Of a stretch of DNA of 47,156 bases, positions 38,724 to 47,156 are shown in pieces (position 1 is the first letter of the stretch; each line of letters begins with the position of its first letter). The notes beneath the pieces were generated by a model. The model was not told where the DNA came from. It saw only the letters and a list, made by a program, of their open reading frames with translations, and made no database searches. Both the position numbers and the translations under genes were made by a program. The stretch is from contig JBHIFL010000030.1 in the NCBI GenBank assembly GCA_046761065.1, positions 1-47,156 of the forward strand. Reading direction: 5' to 3'. The stretch is from Candidatus Heimdallarchaeota archaeon (GTDB taxonomy: Archaea; Asgardarchaeota; Wukongarchaeia; Wukongarchaeales; JBHIFL01).

Positions 38724-38858
38724 TGGAGCGGGTACGAATTTCGGGTCTCTGAGACGAACTCAGAGACAATTCGAACGTACGACCTACGGATCTTCAGTCC
38801 GTCGCCATCCATCTAGGTACGGCGGTTGAAACCGCCATAGACACTAGGCCACCGCTCC
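38724..38858 (-). tRNA. tRNA-Phe(GAA) with two non-canonical introns (38811-38841 D-loop; 38738-38769 T-loop)
   Basis: Acceptor stem GGAGCGG/CCGCTCC-A; anticodon arm ACGGA-CTGAAGA-TCCGT; T-arm GTACG/CGTAC. Removing 31 and 32 nt at BHB-like motifs gives a 72-nt cloverleaf. Confidence 0.9.
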
Positions 38859-38983
38859 ATTAGGTTTTACCTGTAATAGTTAGTCTTTTGCTCTTAATTT
38901 AAATTTATCTCCTTTGACGCTAAAGGCTTGTTGGCGATTCCATAAATCAACAATTTAATGTTAATCAATATACCAAGAGTCGG

Positions 38984-39012
38984 TTCGAATGTACGACCTA
39001 TAGATCTTCAGT
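38984..39012 (-). repeat. Partial copy of tRNA-Phe exon 2
   Basis: ttcgaatgtacgacctatagatcttcagt matches 38770-38798 at 26/29 nt. Confidence 0.8.
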
Positions 39013-39522
39013 TTCGGCAAATATAAGTAATATATTTAGCTTTCTGCCACTCTCTCACCATGTTATCAGTTCCTCGCTTGTTGATTGTCTGGATCCTTGT
39101 TTAGAGAGCTAAATATAATGTTCCTCCCTTTACTTTATGTATCTTTATTATATTTTATCTTATAATTACCTCTTAAAACACCACAAAATCCAGAATTTGA
39201 TACTTATTTGAATGATAAAAGCAATTATTACTTACATTTTTCTCATTTTTCAAGCCTTTAGGTAACAGATATTGTTCGTCAAACCTTATAAACTTTAAAT
39301 CAAATTCATTGCAGAGGTAGGAGCTCAAATTCGCTTTGATTTTAGTCTTTACTTTAATACATCTAATATATTTATATCCCTATTGTTAATTTCAATTGAT
39401 CTACCAATCTCATTCACCAAGCGTGCGTACGAGGATATATAATTTTAGAAATACGTCAAATGACCACATCAATTTAAAATTAGAATAAAAGATCTAACGT
39501 ATAAAAGAGAAGGAGGTAAAAC

Positions 39523-40032
39523 ATGGACACTATGGGCGTTATTTTATCTTGAAGAAGTATCAGGAAATATACTAAACAATCAATATCTGATCAAATGATA
39601 AAAGAGCTGCTAAAAGCAGCTATGAGCGCACCATGTGCGGGTAACAAACAATCATGGCATTTTGTAGTAATAAATAATCACAAGATCCTTGATGAAATTC
39701 CAAAATTTCATCCATACTCTCAAATGGTAAAAGAAGCCCCGGTTGCTATTGTAGTATGTGGCGATTTACAGCTGGAAGACCGCGAGGGTGTGTTAGTTCA
39801 AAACTGCTCAGCTGCCACGGAGAATATTCTAATTGCAGTTCAAGCAAAAGGATTAGGAGCAGTTTGGTTGTGTTTTTATCCTATCGAGGAGTGGATTAGT
39901 GGGATCCGAAACCTATTGAATCTTCCAGAGTATATTATTCCTATTACATTGATACCCATTGGTTATCCAGCAGAAAAAAAGTCTCGTGTAAACCGGTATA
40001 ATGAAATGAAGATCCATTATAACCAATGGTAA
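39523..40032 (+). pseudogene. Nitroreductase family gene with nonsense codon
   Basis: AGGAGGT SD; MDTMGVILS*RSIRKY with TGA at 39550-39552 in the RRSIR motif; continues in frame (AMSAP.AGN.Q.W, GLGAVW, IGYP). Confidence 0.88.
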
Positions 40033-40881
40033 TATAAAGAAATTGAAAAAGATAGAAATTAGTGATAAAACTCTATTTCTTATATCTGTGACATCGATTT
40101 AAGAAAAATGTAAGATGGAATAGAAAACCATATGATCATTGTATGCTGTGAAATTATGAACTATAACCACTCATCATCTCAATAACTCTGAACAACACTG
40201 CATAATCAAAGACGGGATTAAGGAAAATGGTACTTCGGTGCCAATATTCCTTTATTGGATGTATTGAAGATTATTGATTATTTAGATCTATATTCATGGA
40301 TCAAAGGAGTATATGTAGCTTTTTCAGATGTAAACAGCAACTATGAATAATGCCGATGATTAGAGAACACCCAACTAAATTTAGAATATTAACTCTTTTT
40401 GACATTAGAATGATGCAAACGAAGCTATTATTCATTCATATCTGTTGAAACGTATTTAACTAACAACCTATCTAATATTGAAAATATAAGTCCAATAATA
40501 TTCGACATGCAGGATAATGTTTATTGGAAAATTGGTAAACATATTATTTGAGTGTGGGATGTCTGAAAGGGCTTAAATAAAGAAAAATAGTATAATCAAT
40601 TAGACATAATACACACTAGCGAAACATTTTAAATAACTTAACCATCGTCTAAGTACAGGTGGCTCTAAAGGATGGATAGCGTTTTCAAAGGTATTTAAGA
40701 GAGGGAACAGGAACCATCCAGCTGATTTTCGAGCTATCAAAATCAAAGTATATTGGAATAAGAGATTGTCATCTTTAAACCACTATATCCGAGTTTATGG
40801 ACAGGTTTGGCCTATAAGGCTTAATAACAGCTTTTATCTTATTTTCATGAGTGTTTTTAGAATATTACGGAGGCTTCTTAA

Positions 40882-42528
40882 ATGACAGATCTTCGTCTTT
40901 CCCCCAAAGAATTGCAAATCCTTCAATTTTTACCATCAAAGGGCATGACAATTACTGAATTATGTCAAAAGATGCGAGATAGTCGCGAATTTCAAGTTCA
41001 ACTAGAAACTCAAGTGAGATCTATTATCCAAGGACTTTATGCAATGCAATTAGTGAGCTCCGAGAAACATAAAGTGGCCCAAACCTTTTCTCTTTCTGAT
41101 GAAGGGGCAAAGTACGCAAAAGTGGGGCTTCCAGAGAAAAGACTCCTGAAATATCTTTTAACTAAAGAGGTTCGCGATAAAAGTGTTCTCAAGACACTCT
41201 GGCAAGATAACATTCTCCAAATGGATAAAAAAGAGTATGGAATCGCCTTAAAATGGGCTCTCGAAAAGGGATGGATCCTATTTGAAGCGGGAAAAATTAT
41301 TTATCCTGAAACCAATCTTGAAAAACTCAAAGGCCCCGATGAAGTGCTTTTAAAACTTATTGTTGAGAATGAAACGTTTAAATCAGTCCCAAAAGAGTTA
41401 TCAGAGGGTATCAAACTTCTTTTAAAACGAGGTCTAATCTCAGCAGAAGATTTGTATGAAGAGATAATTCGGCCTACTGATTTGGGAAAACAGATTACTG
41501 AATCCCAAATTTCAATATGGATAAAGCGAAAATCGAAAATAACCAGCCGAGATATCGAATCAGGGGATTGGGAACGCACCTTGGGTGAGTTAAAAGCTTA
41601 TTCTTCAACAGAAATGCCGCCTTTATGCTATATAGGTAAAAAACACCCCTATCTCCACTTTTTGGAAAAGGTCAAGAGAATTTTGATAGGACTTGGCTTT
41701 GAGGAGGCGAGAGGTGGGCTAGTTGAAACGGAATTCTGGAATTTTGATGCATTATTCCAAGCTCAAGATCATGTAGCTCGGGAGATTCATGGAACTTATC
41801 ACCTTAAGTTTCCTCAGCAAGGCAGACTTATTGAGCCAGCTATTGTTGAAAGAGTTGGGGTTACACACGAGAATGGGTGGGAAACTAACTCTACAGGATG
41901 GGGTTATAAATGGTCCCCCGATCAGGCAATGAAACTAGTGTTAAGAACTCAAGGTACAGCGGTATCTGCTAGGTTCATAGCCAAGAAACCACCGCTTCCA
42001 GTCAAGATGTTCTGCATAGACAGGGTATTTCGACCGGAAAAGCTTGATGCTACGCATTCCATGGAATTTTTCCAATTAGAAGGAATTGTCATCGATGAAG
42101 GACTTACCCTGCGGCATCTTATGGGATTTATGCAAGAATTAGCCCTAGCTTTGGGATTAAAAAGCATCCGGTTTAAACCGGGTTATTTCCCTTTCACGGA
42201 ACCAAGTGTGGAAGCTTTTGTCTATCATGAAAAACTGGGAAGAGAAATTGAAGCACTTGGAGCTGGGATTTTCCGACCAGAAGTAACCTATCCGCTAGGG
42301 ATTAAGCAACCAGTCCTTGCGTGGGGGATCGGATTCGACAGACTTGCCATGGCCGCTTTGGGGATTTCTGATATACGAGATCTGTCTACAACGCCTCCTG
42401 GTGACCTAAGTGCATGGAAAGAAAACAAACGATTGCTTCAAGAGAAATTAGGCGTGAGTTCTTTGGAGCCAGGAGAACTCCCTGATGGGAAAAGCATAGA
42501 ATGGTTGAGATGGACCTCATATAGATAG
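40882..42528 (+). CDS. pheS: Phenylalanyl-tRNA synthetase alpha subunit (archaeal type)
   Basis: GLPE, FWNFDALF, FRPE..DATH..EF.Q.EG, YFPFTEPS, AWGIG.DRLAM. Confidence 0.96.
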   Translation: MTDLRLSPKELQILQFLPSKGMTITELCQKMRDSREFQVQLETQVRSIIQGLYAMQLVSSEKHKVAQTFSLSDEGAKYAKVGLPEKRLLKYLLTKEVRDKSVLKTLWQDNILQMDKKEYGIALKWALEKGWILFEAGKIIYPETNLEKLKGPDEVLLKLIVENETFKSVPKELSEGIKLLLKRGLISAEDLYEEIIRPTDLGKQITESQISIWIKRKSKITSRDIESGDWERTLGELKAYSSTEMPPLCYIGKKHPYLHFLEKVKRILIGLGFEEARGGLVETEFWNFDALFQAQDHVAREIHGTYHLKFPQQGRLIEPAIVERVGVTHENGWETNSTGWGYKWSPDQAMKLVLRTQGTAVSARFIAKKPPLPVKMFCIDRVFRPEKLDATHSMEFFQLEGIVIDEGLTLRHLMGFMQELALALGLKSIRFKPGYFPFTEPSVEAFVYHEKLGREIEALGAGIFRPEVTYPLGIKQPVLAWGIGFDRLAMAALGISDIRDLSTTPPGDLSAWKENKRLLQEKLGVSSLEPGELPDGKSIEWLRWTSYR

Positions 42529-42551
42529 ATCAAACACATGAGGTGGAAACA

Positions 42552-44291
42552 TTGCCAACTATTACCATTGGACATCGCGATTTGTGTGAATTAACTAACT
42601 TGCAGATGACTCTTGAAGAGCTCAAACAACAGCTTTTCCTTATGAAATGTGAAGCCGAGGTTCTTGGAGCAACCGACGGGGAAACGGCCTTGTCGGTTGA
42701 GGTAGCTGCAGATCGTATTGACCTACTCTCGGTTGAAGGAATTGCCCGGGAGATCAAAGGGTTGACTGGAGCGGAACTAGGACCTCCAAACTACCCAATT
42801 ACCCGTTCGAATATTGTTGTTAAACTTGACACTCGAGTACAACCAATTCGCCCATTCAGTTATTGCGCCATTGTAGAAGGAATTACATTAGACAAAGTTA
42901 CATATCATTCGCTCATGCAGTTACAAGAGCGGCTCCATGAATCACATTGTCGTGGACGAAGGAAAGGCGCAATTGGGGTCTATGACCTTGATTCCCTGAG
43001 GCCACCGATGCAGTATACAGCATTGCCTCCAACGGAAATCCGATTCACTCCTCTCATGTTAGAGTCGCACATGATGGATTCCCATGAAGGCGCCTCGACT
43101 GAGCGTTATGACATAATGAACGCCCTTGAGATTCTCGCGACACACCCTGCGGGGATTAAATATGGTGATCTAATAGCGACCCTGCCAGAATTCCCAATCT
43201 TAATGGATTCAAAAGGTCAAGTCCTTGCGATGCCACCTATCATTAACAGCGAAGAAACCCGTGTGGTTATGGAAACTCCTGAGTCGAAGGGGACGCGTAA
43301 TCTCTTCATTGATATCAGTGGGTTTGACGAAAAAATTCTCAGTCAAGCCTTGAATGTGATTGTGACAAGCCTTGCCGAAAGAGGGGGGACAATAAAAATG
43401 GTCACAATGGTCTATCCGGATCGAGAGGTGATGTCACCAGACTTGATCCCCCGCACTATGGCACTAAAAATTGAACATGCCAATAATTTGATAGGATTAT
43501 CCCTTAACTCCAAAGAAATGATTGAATGCCTCGAGATGATGCGGTTCCATGTCCTCTCAGAGAAAGGTGGTTTACTGGAAGTGGAAATCCCAGCATATCG
43601 TGCAGATTTTCTTCATGAGAACGACCTAATCGAAGACATTGCAATTGCTTACGGGTATGATCGGTTGATTCCCATCCTCCCAAAAGTCGTTACAACAGGC
43701 AAGGAAGCGGAAAAGTCTATCCTCATCCGGGATGTAAGAGATATAATGGTCGGAATGGGATTCATCGAGTTAGCCAACTATGTCATGACAAACGAGGAAA
43801 TCCTTTTTGACCGCATGGAACTCCCACGAGAACCCGTCGTAGAAGTCCTGAATCCCAAACCCGCCCGTTTCTCAGCACTTCGCAATTGGTTGCTCCCTGG
43901 GGCACTGCATTTTCTTGAAGCAAACATAGAATACCCATACCCACAGAAAGTATTCGAAGTAGGTGACATTGTCCTTCTAGATGAGTCTGAGGAGACAAAA
44001 ACTCGTACAGTCCTAAATGTGGCTGGAGCTATCTGTAATCCCAAAGGGGCGGATTTAAGTGAAATTTATGGTGTTGTGAACTCGCTTCTTACTAATCTAG
44101 GTGTCAAGTACAAACTAAGGGACAAAATCCACCAAAGTTTCATCTCTGGGCGTGTATTTGCTATTATCGCCGAACAGGAAGAAGTAGGTTTTTTTGGAGA
44201 ATTGCATCCGCAAGTATATAGTGTGAACTTTCAGATTCGAAAACCTGTGGCAGGTTTTGAATTGGAACTTTGGAAACTATTTGCGGTTTGA
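42552..44291 (+). CDS. pheT: Phenylalanyl-tRNA synthetase beta subunit (archaeal type)
   Basis: PTI, DRIDLLS.EG, QERLH...R.R..AIG.YD, PPIINS, YRADFLHE.DLIED.AIAYGY, GELHP. Confidence 0.96.
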   Translation: MPTITIGHRDLCELTNLQMTLEELKQQLFLMKCEAEVLGATDGETALSVEVAADRIDLLSVEGIAREIKGLTGAELGPPNYPITRSNIVVKLDTRVQPIRPFSYCAIVEGITLDKVTYHSLMQLQERLHESHCRGRRKGAIGVYDLDSLRPPMQYTALPPTEIRFTPLMLESHMMDSHEGASTERYDIMNALEILATHPAGIKYGDLIATLPEFPILMDSKGQVLAMPPIINSEETRVVMETPESKGTRNLFIDISGFDEKILSQALNVIVTSLAERGGTIKMVTMVYPDREVMSPDLIPRTMALKIEHANNLIGLSLNSKEMIECLEMMRFHVLSEKGGLLEVEIPAYRADFLHENDLIEDIAIAYGYDRLIPILPKVVTTGKEAEKSILIRDVRDIMVGMGFIELANYVMTNEEILFDRMELPREPVVEVLNPKPARFSALRNWLLPGALHFLEANIEYPYPQKVFEVGDIVLLDESEETKTRTVLNVAGAICNPKGADLSEIYGVVNSLLTNLGVKYKLRDKIHQSFISGRVFAIIAEQEEVGFFGELHPQVYSVNFQIRKPVAGFELELWKLFAV

Positions 44292-44327
44292 TTCTGTTAT
44301 TAGAGTTTAATCTGAGGAGGCTACATT

Positions 44328-45653
44328 TTGAGTAAAGACAAACCGGTTCTTCAATTGGTTACAGTCGGCCATGTAGACCACGGGAAATCCACTGCCTTTG
44401 GGCATCTACTCGTATTACTTGGCCAAATCGATAATAGGATAGTGAAAGAAGAAGAGGGCGATCGAAAGTATCTTTCACTTCTCGCTCAGCATAAAGAAGA
44501 ACGGGAAGTGGGTCGTACCATGGCACTCGATTGGATTAATTTTGAGACCCCAAAGCTATTTGTCTCTCTACTCGATGCGCCGGGGCATCGCGATTTTGTG
44601 AAAAGCATGATTAGTGGGGCGGCTCAAGCTGATGCTGCGATCTTATTCATATCAGCAAAGAAGGGAGAACTAGAAGCGGGTATTACCAAAGGGGAAGCGA
44701 AAAAACAGGTCAAAGGTGGTCAGACCCTAGAACACCTCTGGTTATGTCGAGTACTTGGTATCTCACAATTCCTTGTTGCTGTAAGTAAAATGGATGAGCG
44801 AGATTGGTCTCAAACGATTTATGAGCAAATCCAAGCCGATATTATTGAGCAAATGAAAAAATGGGGCGTAGATCCAACAAATGTACCTGTCATTCCAATG
44901 AGTGGATGGACTGGAGATAATCTGGTACGGCCAAGTGAAAATATGAAATGGTACAAAGGACCTACTCTTCTCGAAGCTATCGATGCATTAACGCCTCCCG
45001 ACCGAAAAAGACTTGAAAATCTTCCTCTCAGAATTCCGATTTTCAATATCTATAAAATAAGGGGAGTTGGTACCGTACCTATCGGTGTGGTGGAAACGGG
45101 GACGCTTCAGCCAAAGGACATCGTACGAATCGAGCCGTTGGGAAAAGAAAGTGAGGTTAAATCTATTGAAATGTATCGGAAACCTATCGATCTCGCTCGA
45201 CCCGGCGATGGGATTGGATTTGTCCTTAAAGGGATTAGTAAAGATGAGATAAAAAGTGGTTACGTCGCATGTTCCCCCGACCAACCGATTCCTGTGATCA
45301 CTCCAACCGGATACTTCTTAGCTCAAATCCTCCTCTCAGAGCAGCCTTCAGGTCGGGGCTTTGTGCGGACTGTCAATATAGGCATGACTCCGCTTATTAA
45401 TATTCACACGGCGGAAGTTCCATGTCGAATAGTTGAACTGATTGAAAAACTTGATAGTACAACAATGGAAAGTGTTGAACGGTCACCTCCTTTTCTTAAA
45501 CCTGGGGATGCGGCGTTAGTTAAGATGGTTCCAGTGAATAATGTGGCAATGGAATTGTATGCGAAAGTTCCTCAACTTGGCCGCTTCGCAATTCGCTCCG
45601 CAGGTCGGACAATAGGGGCAGGAATTGTCACAGAGATTATTCCTAAGTCTTAG
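44328..45653 (+). CDS. Divergent EF-1alpha-family translational GTPase
   Basis: GHVDHGKST, DAPGHRDF, SKMD (G4 variant), WYKGPTL, LPLRIP, LGRFA.R; complete three-domain EF1A layout. Confidence 0.9.
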   Translation: MSKDKPVLQLVTVGHVDHGKSTAFGHLLVLLGQIDNRIVKEEEGDRKYLSLLAQHKEEREVGRTMALDWINFETPKLFVSLLDAPGHRDFVKSMISGAAQADAAILFISAKKGELEAGITKGEAKKQVKGGQTLEHLWLCRVLGISQFLVAVSKMDERDWSQTIYEQIQADIIEQMKKWGVDPTNVPVIPMSGWTGDNLVRPSENMKWYKGPTLLEAIDALTPPDRKRLENLPLRIPIFNIYKIRGVGTVPIGVVETGTLQPKDIVRIEPLGKESEVKSIEMYRKPIDLARPGDGIGFVLKGISKDEIKSGYVACSPDQPIPVITPTGYFLAQILLSEQPSGRGFVRTVNIGMTPLINIHTAEVPCRIVELIEKLDSTTMESVERSPPFLKPGDAALVKMVPVNNVAMELYAKVPQLGRFAIRSAGRTIGAGIVTEIIPKS

Positions 45654-45758
45654 ATAGAAATGAGATTTAAACTAAGGTGTACTTGAATATTCTCTAATGA
45701 TTAACAAAAATCTATTAGATTAACAAAGTCACTTCAGTTAAGAAAAGGAATAATGAAT

Positions 45759-46841
45759 TTATCTATCTCTTAACCCTTGAATGAATTCTTCCACCATTTT
45801 TCTAGCTTCAAAATCAGGCACTTGAATGGGTGGATGTTTGAAGGCATACGCTGAAATGCTTGTTAACTGACCAGTGATTCCTCGGTCCAATGCGAGTTTC
45901 ACAGCCCGAAAGACATCGATCATTACTCCACCACTGTTAGGAGAATCCTCAACTGATAGTTTTGCCTCAATCGTCACTGGAGCGTCTCCGAACTTCCGTC
46001 CTTTGATCCAGACATAGCAAATTTTCTTATCTTCTAGGAACGGCACATAATCTGAGGGGCCAATTCGGGTTGGAACATCATATGGCAAAAGGCTAGTAAC
46101 AGCTTCTGTCTTGCTTACCCGTTTTGAAGATAACCGGGATTCGACTGTCATATTTTCAAAGTCGGTATTTCCCCCAAGATTAAGCTGATACATTTCGTCT
46201 ATCTGGACCCCACGATCGAGGCACAGCTTTGCCAGAGTACGATGCATGATGGTGGCCCCAAGCTGGCTCTTGATATCATCCCCGGCGATTGGGATCCCTT
46301 TCTCTTCAAACATCTTTGACCATTCTAGATCAGAGGCAATGAATTCTGGAATTCCGTTGACGAAAGCCACCCCCGATTTGAGGCAGGCCTTCGCATAGAT
46401 ACGGGAGCCTTCATAACTGCCAACGGGGAGATAATTTACCAACATGTCAGCCTCCGCTTCTTGGAGGATTTCAGCTACATCTACCGGTTCAATTTCCTGG
46501 GTATTATAACAAAAGAAGGATTTTCTCATGTGATCTGCAACTCCATCGGAAATGGGACCTGGTAGAACTTTCACTCCCGTCGAGGGAACATCTGTGATTT
46601 TTTGAGAACAATTTGGTTTCTCCCAAATAGCTGTGGCGATATCTCTACCAATTTTATGACGATTCACATCAAAGGCCGCTACCCACTCAATATCTCTAAC
46701 ATGATAGCCGCCAAAATCCACATGCATCAGTCCCGGGACTATTTGATCCGATTTGGCATTCTTATAGTACTCGACACCTTGAATAATCGAGGAAGCACAA
46801 TTTCCTAAGCCAGCAATTGCAACTTTGATCTTTTTACTCAT
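45759..46841 (-). CDS. ino1: myo-inositol-1-phosphate synthase
   Basis: GLGNCASS, NYLPVGS, GDDIKSQ.GAT, GGNTDF, EDSPNS. Confidence 0.95.
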   Translation of the reverse strand: MSKKIKVAIAGLGNCASSIIQGVEYYKNAKSDQIVPGLMHVDFGGYHVRDIEWVAAFDVNRHKIGRDIATAIWEKPNCSQKITDVPSTGVKVLPGPISDGVADHMRKSFFCYNTQEIEPVDVAEILQEAEADMLVNYLPVGSYEGSRIYAKACLKSGVAFVNGIPEFIASDLEWSKMFEEKGIPIAGDDIKSQLGATIMHRTLAKLCLDRGVQIDEMYQLNLGGNTDFENMTVESRLSSKRVSKTEAVTSLLPYDVPTRIGPSDYVPFLEDKKICYVWIKGRKFGDAPVTIEAKLSVEDSPNSGGVMIDVFRAVKLALDRGITGQLTSISAYAFKHPPIQVPDFEARKMVEEFIQGLRDR

Positions 46842-47156
46842 AAATCAACCTCCATTGATCGGTTTCAATCAAATAACGCCTAATACACTGGAATCAGGAG
46901 ATTTTTATCATATTAAGAAATTAAAGGTAATAATCTAAGGTTTCGATATCCTAACTGGATTTTAAAATAATTCTTATCTCCACCTAAGTCCTAGGCATTC
47001 TTTTGATTTATTTATCATCCGTTTTTTTAATATTTCCTTTAAACCGGATTTTTATATTTTATGATGAAAAAATATAATATTAGGCATGTGAGAGTTGATG
47101 ATTTAACAGAGATGTGTAAAAATGCTTAGCCCCGGATGGGTTTTAAAGCGTGCGGG

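Noticed and set aside
38631-38816. 61-aa ORF
   Set aside because: Antisense to the tRNA-Phe gene.
39550-39552. In-frame TGA as selenocysteine or recoding
   Set aside because: It aligns with Arg in RRSIR (CGA>TGA). Pseudogenes here show TAA, TAG, TGA and frameshifts alike, and intact genes use all three stops.
44328-45653. SelB
   Set aside because: Retains EF1A-specific segments (WYKGPTL, GRFA.R) and has no C-terminal domain IV.
1-47156. CRISPR array, rRNA, intact transposase or integrase
   Set aside because: No regularly spaced 25-45 bp repeats or such genes were seen.

Overview
Archaeal chromosomal window, most likely from an Asgard archaeon (inference from a Rab-like small GTPase together with archaeal PheRS, Trm56, type II MAP and BHB-intron tRNA). 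About 1-16.2 kb is a copper/metal-homeostasis island. Its left end (to ~4.1 kb) is a decayed mosaic: CopA, DOMON-heme, PadR-TRASH and MetE-like fragments, with intact CueP, YHS and Cys-rich genes. The intact part has a Tat-Rieske protein, DUF2933/ICMT-like pair, heme-DOMON surface protein, ABC exporter, PadR-TRASH regulator, Met-rich membrane protein and CopB. Six promoters in the island share GATATATC boxes at a 15-bp period. The rest is mostly core metabolism: ATP-grasp ligase, 4-hydroxybutyryl-CoA dehydratase, DJ-1/PfpI, BtpA, VapBC, ECF transporter, ADP-forming acyl-CoA synthetase beta, beta-CASP RNase, MAP, methanofuran biosynthesis (mfnB/E/F + HisA-like), pheST and ino1. Most notable: (i) a threonine-synthase-like protein lacking the PLP Schiff-base lysine, fused to a C-terminal wHTH and embedded in an HmpT/PdxU2-like ECF locus, a candidate vitamin B6 sensor-regulator; (ii) a divergent EF-1alpha paralog behind pheST with a remodelled aminoacyl pocket and an EFL-like insertion; (iii) an atypical tRNA-Phe(GAA) with two non-canonical introns; (iv) the periodic operator regulon. 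All calls come from reading motifs by eye; no database search was run.
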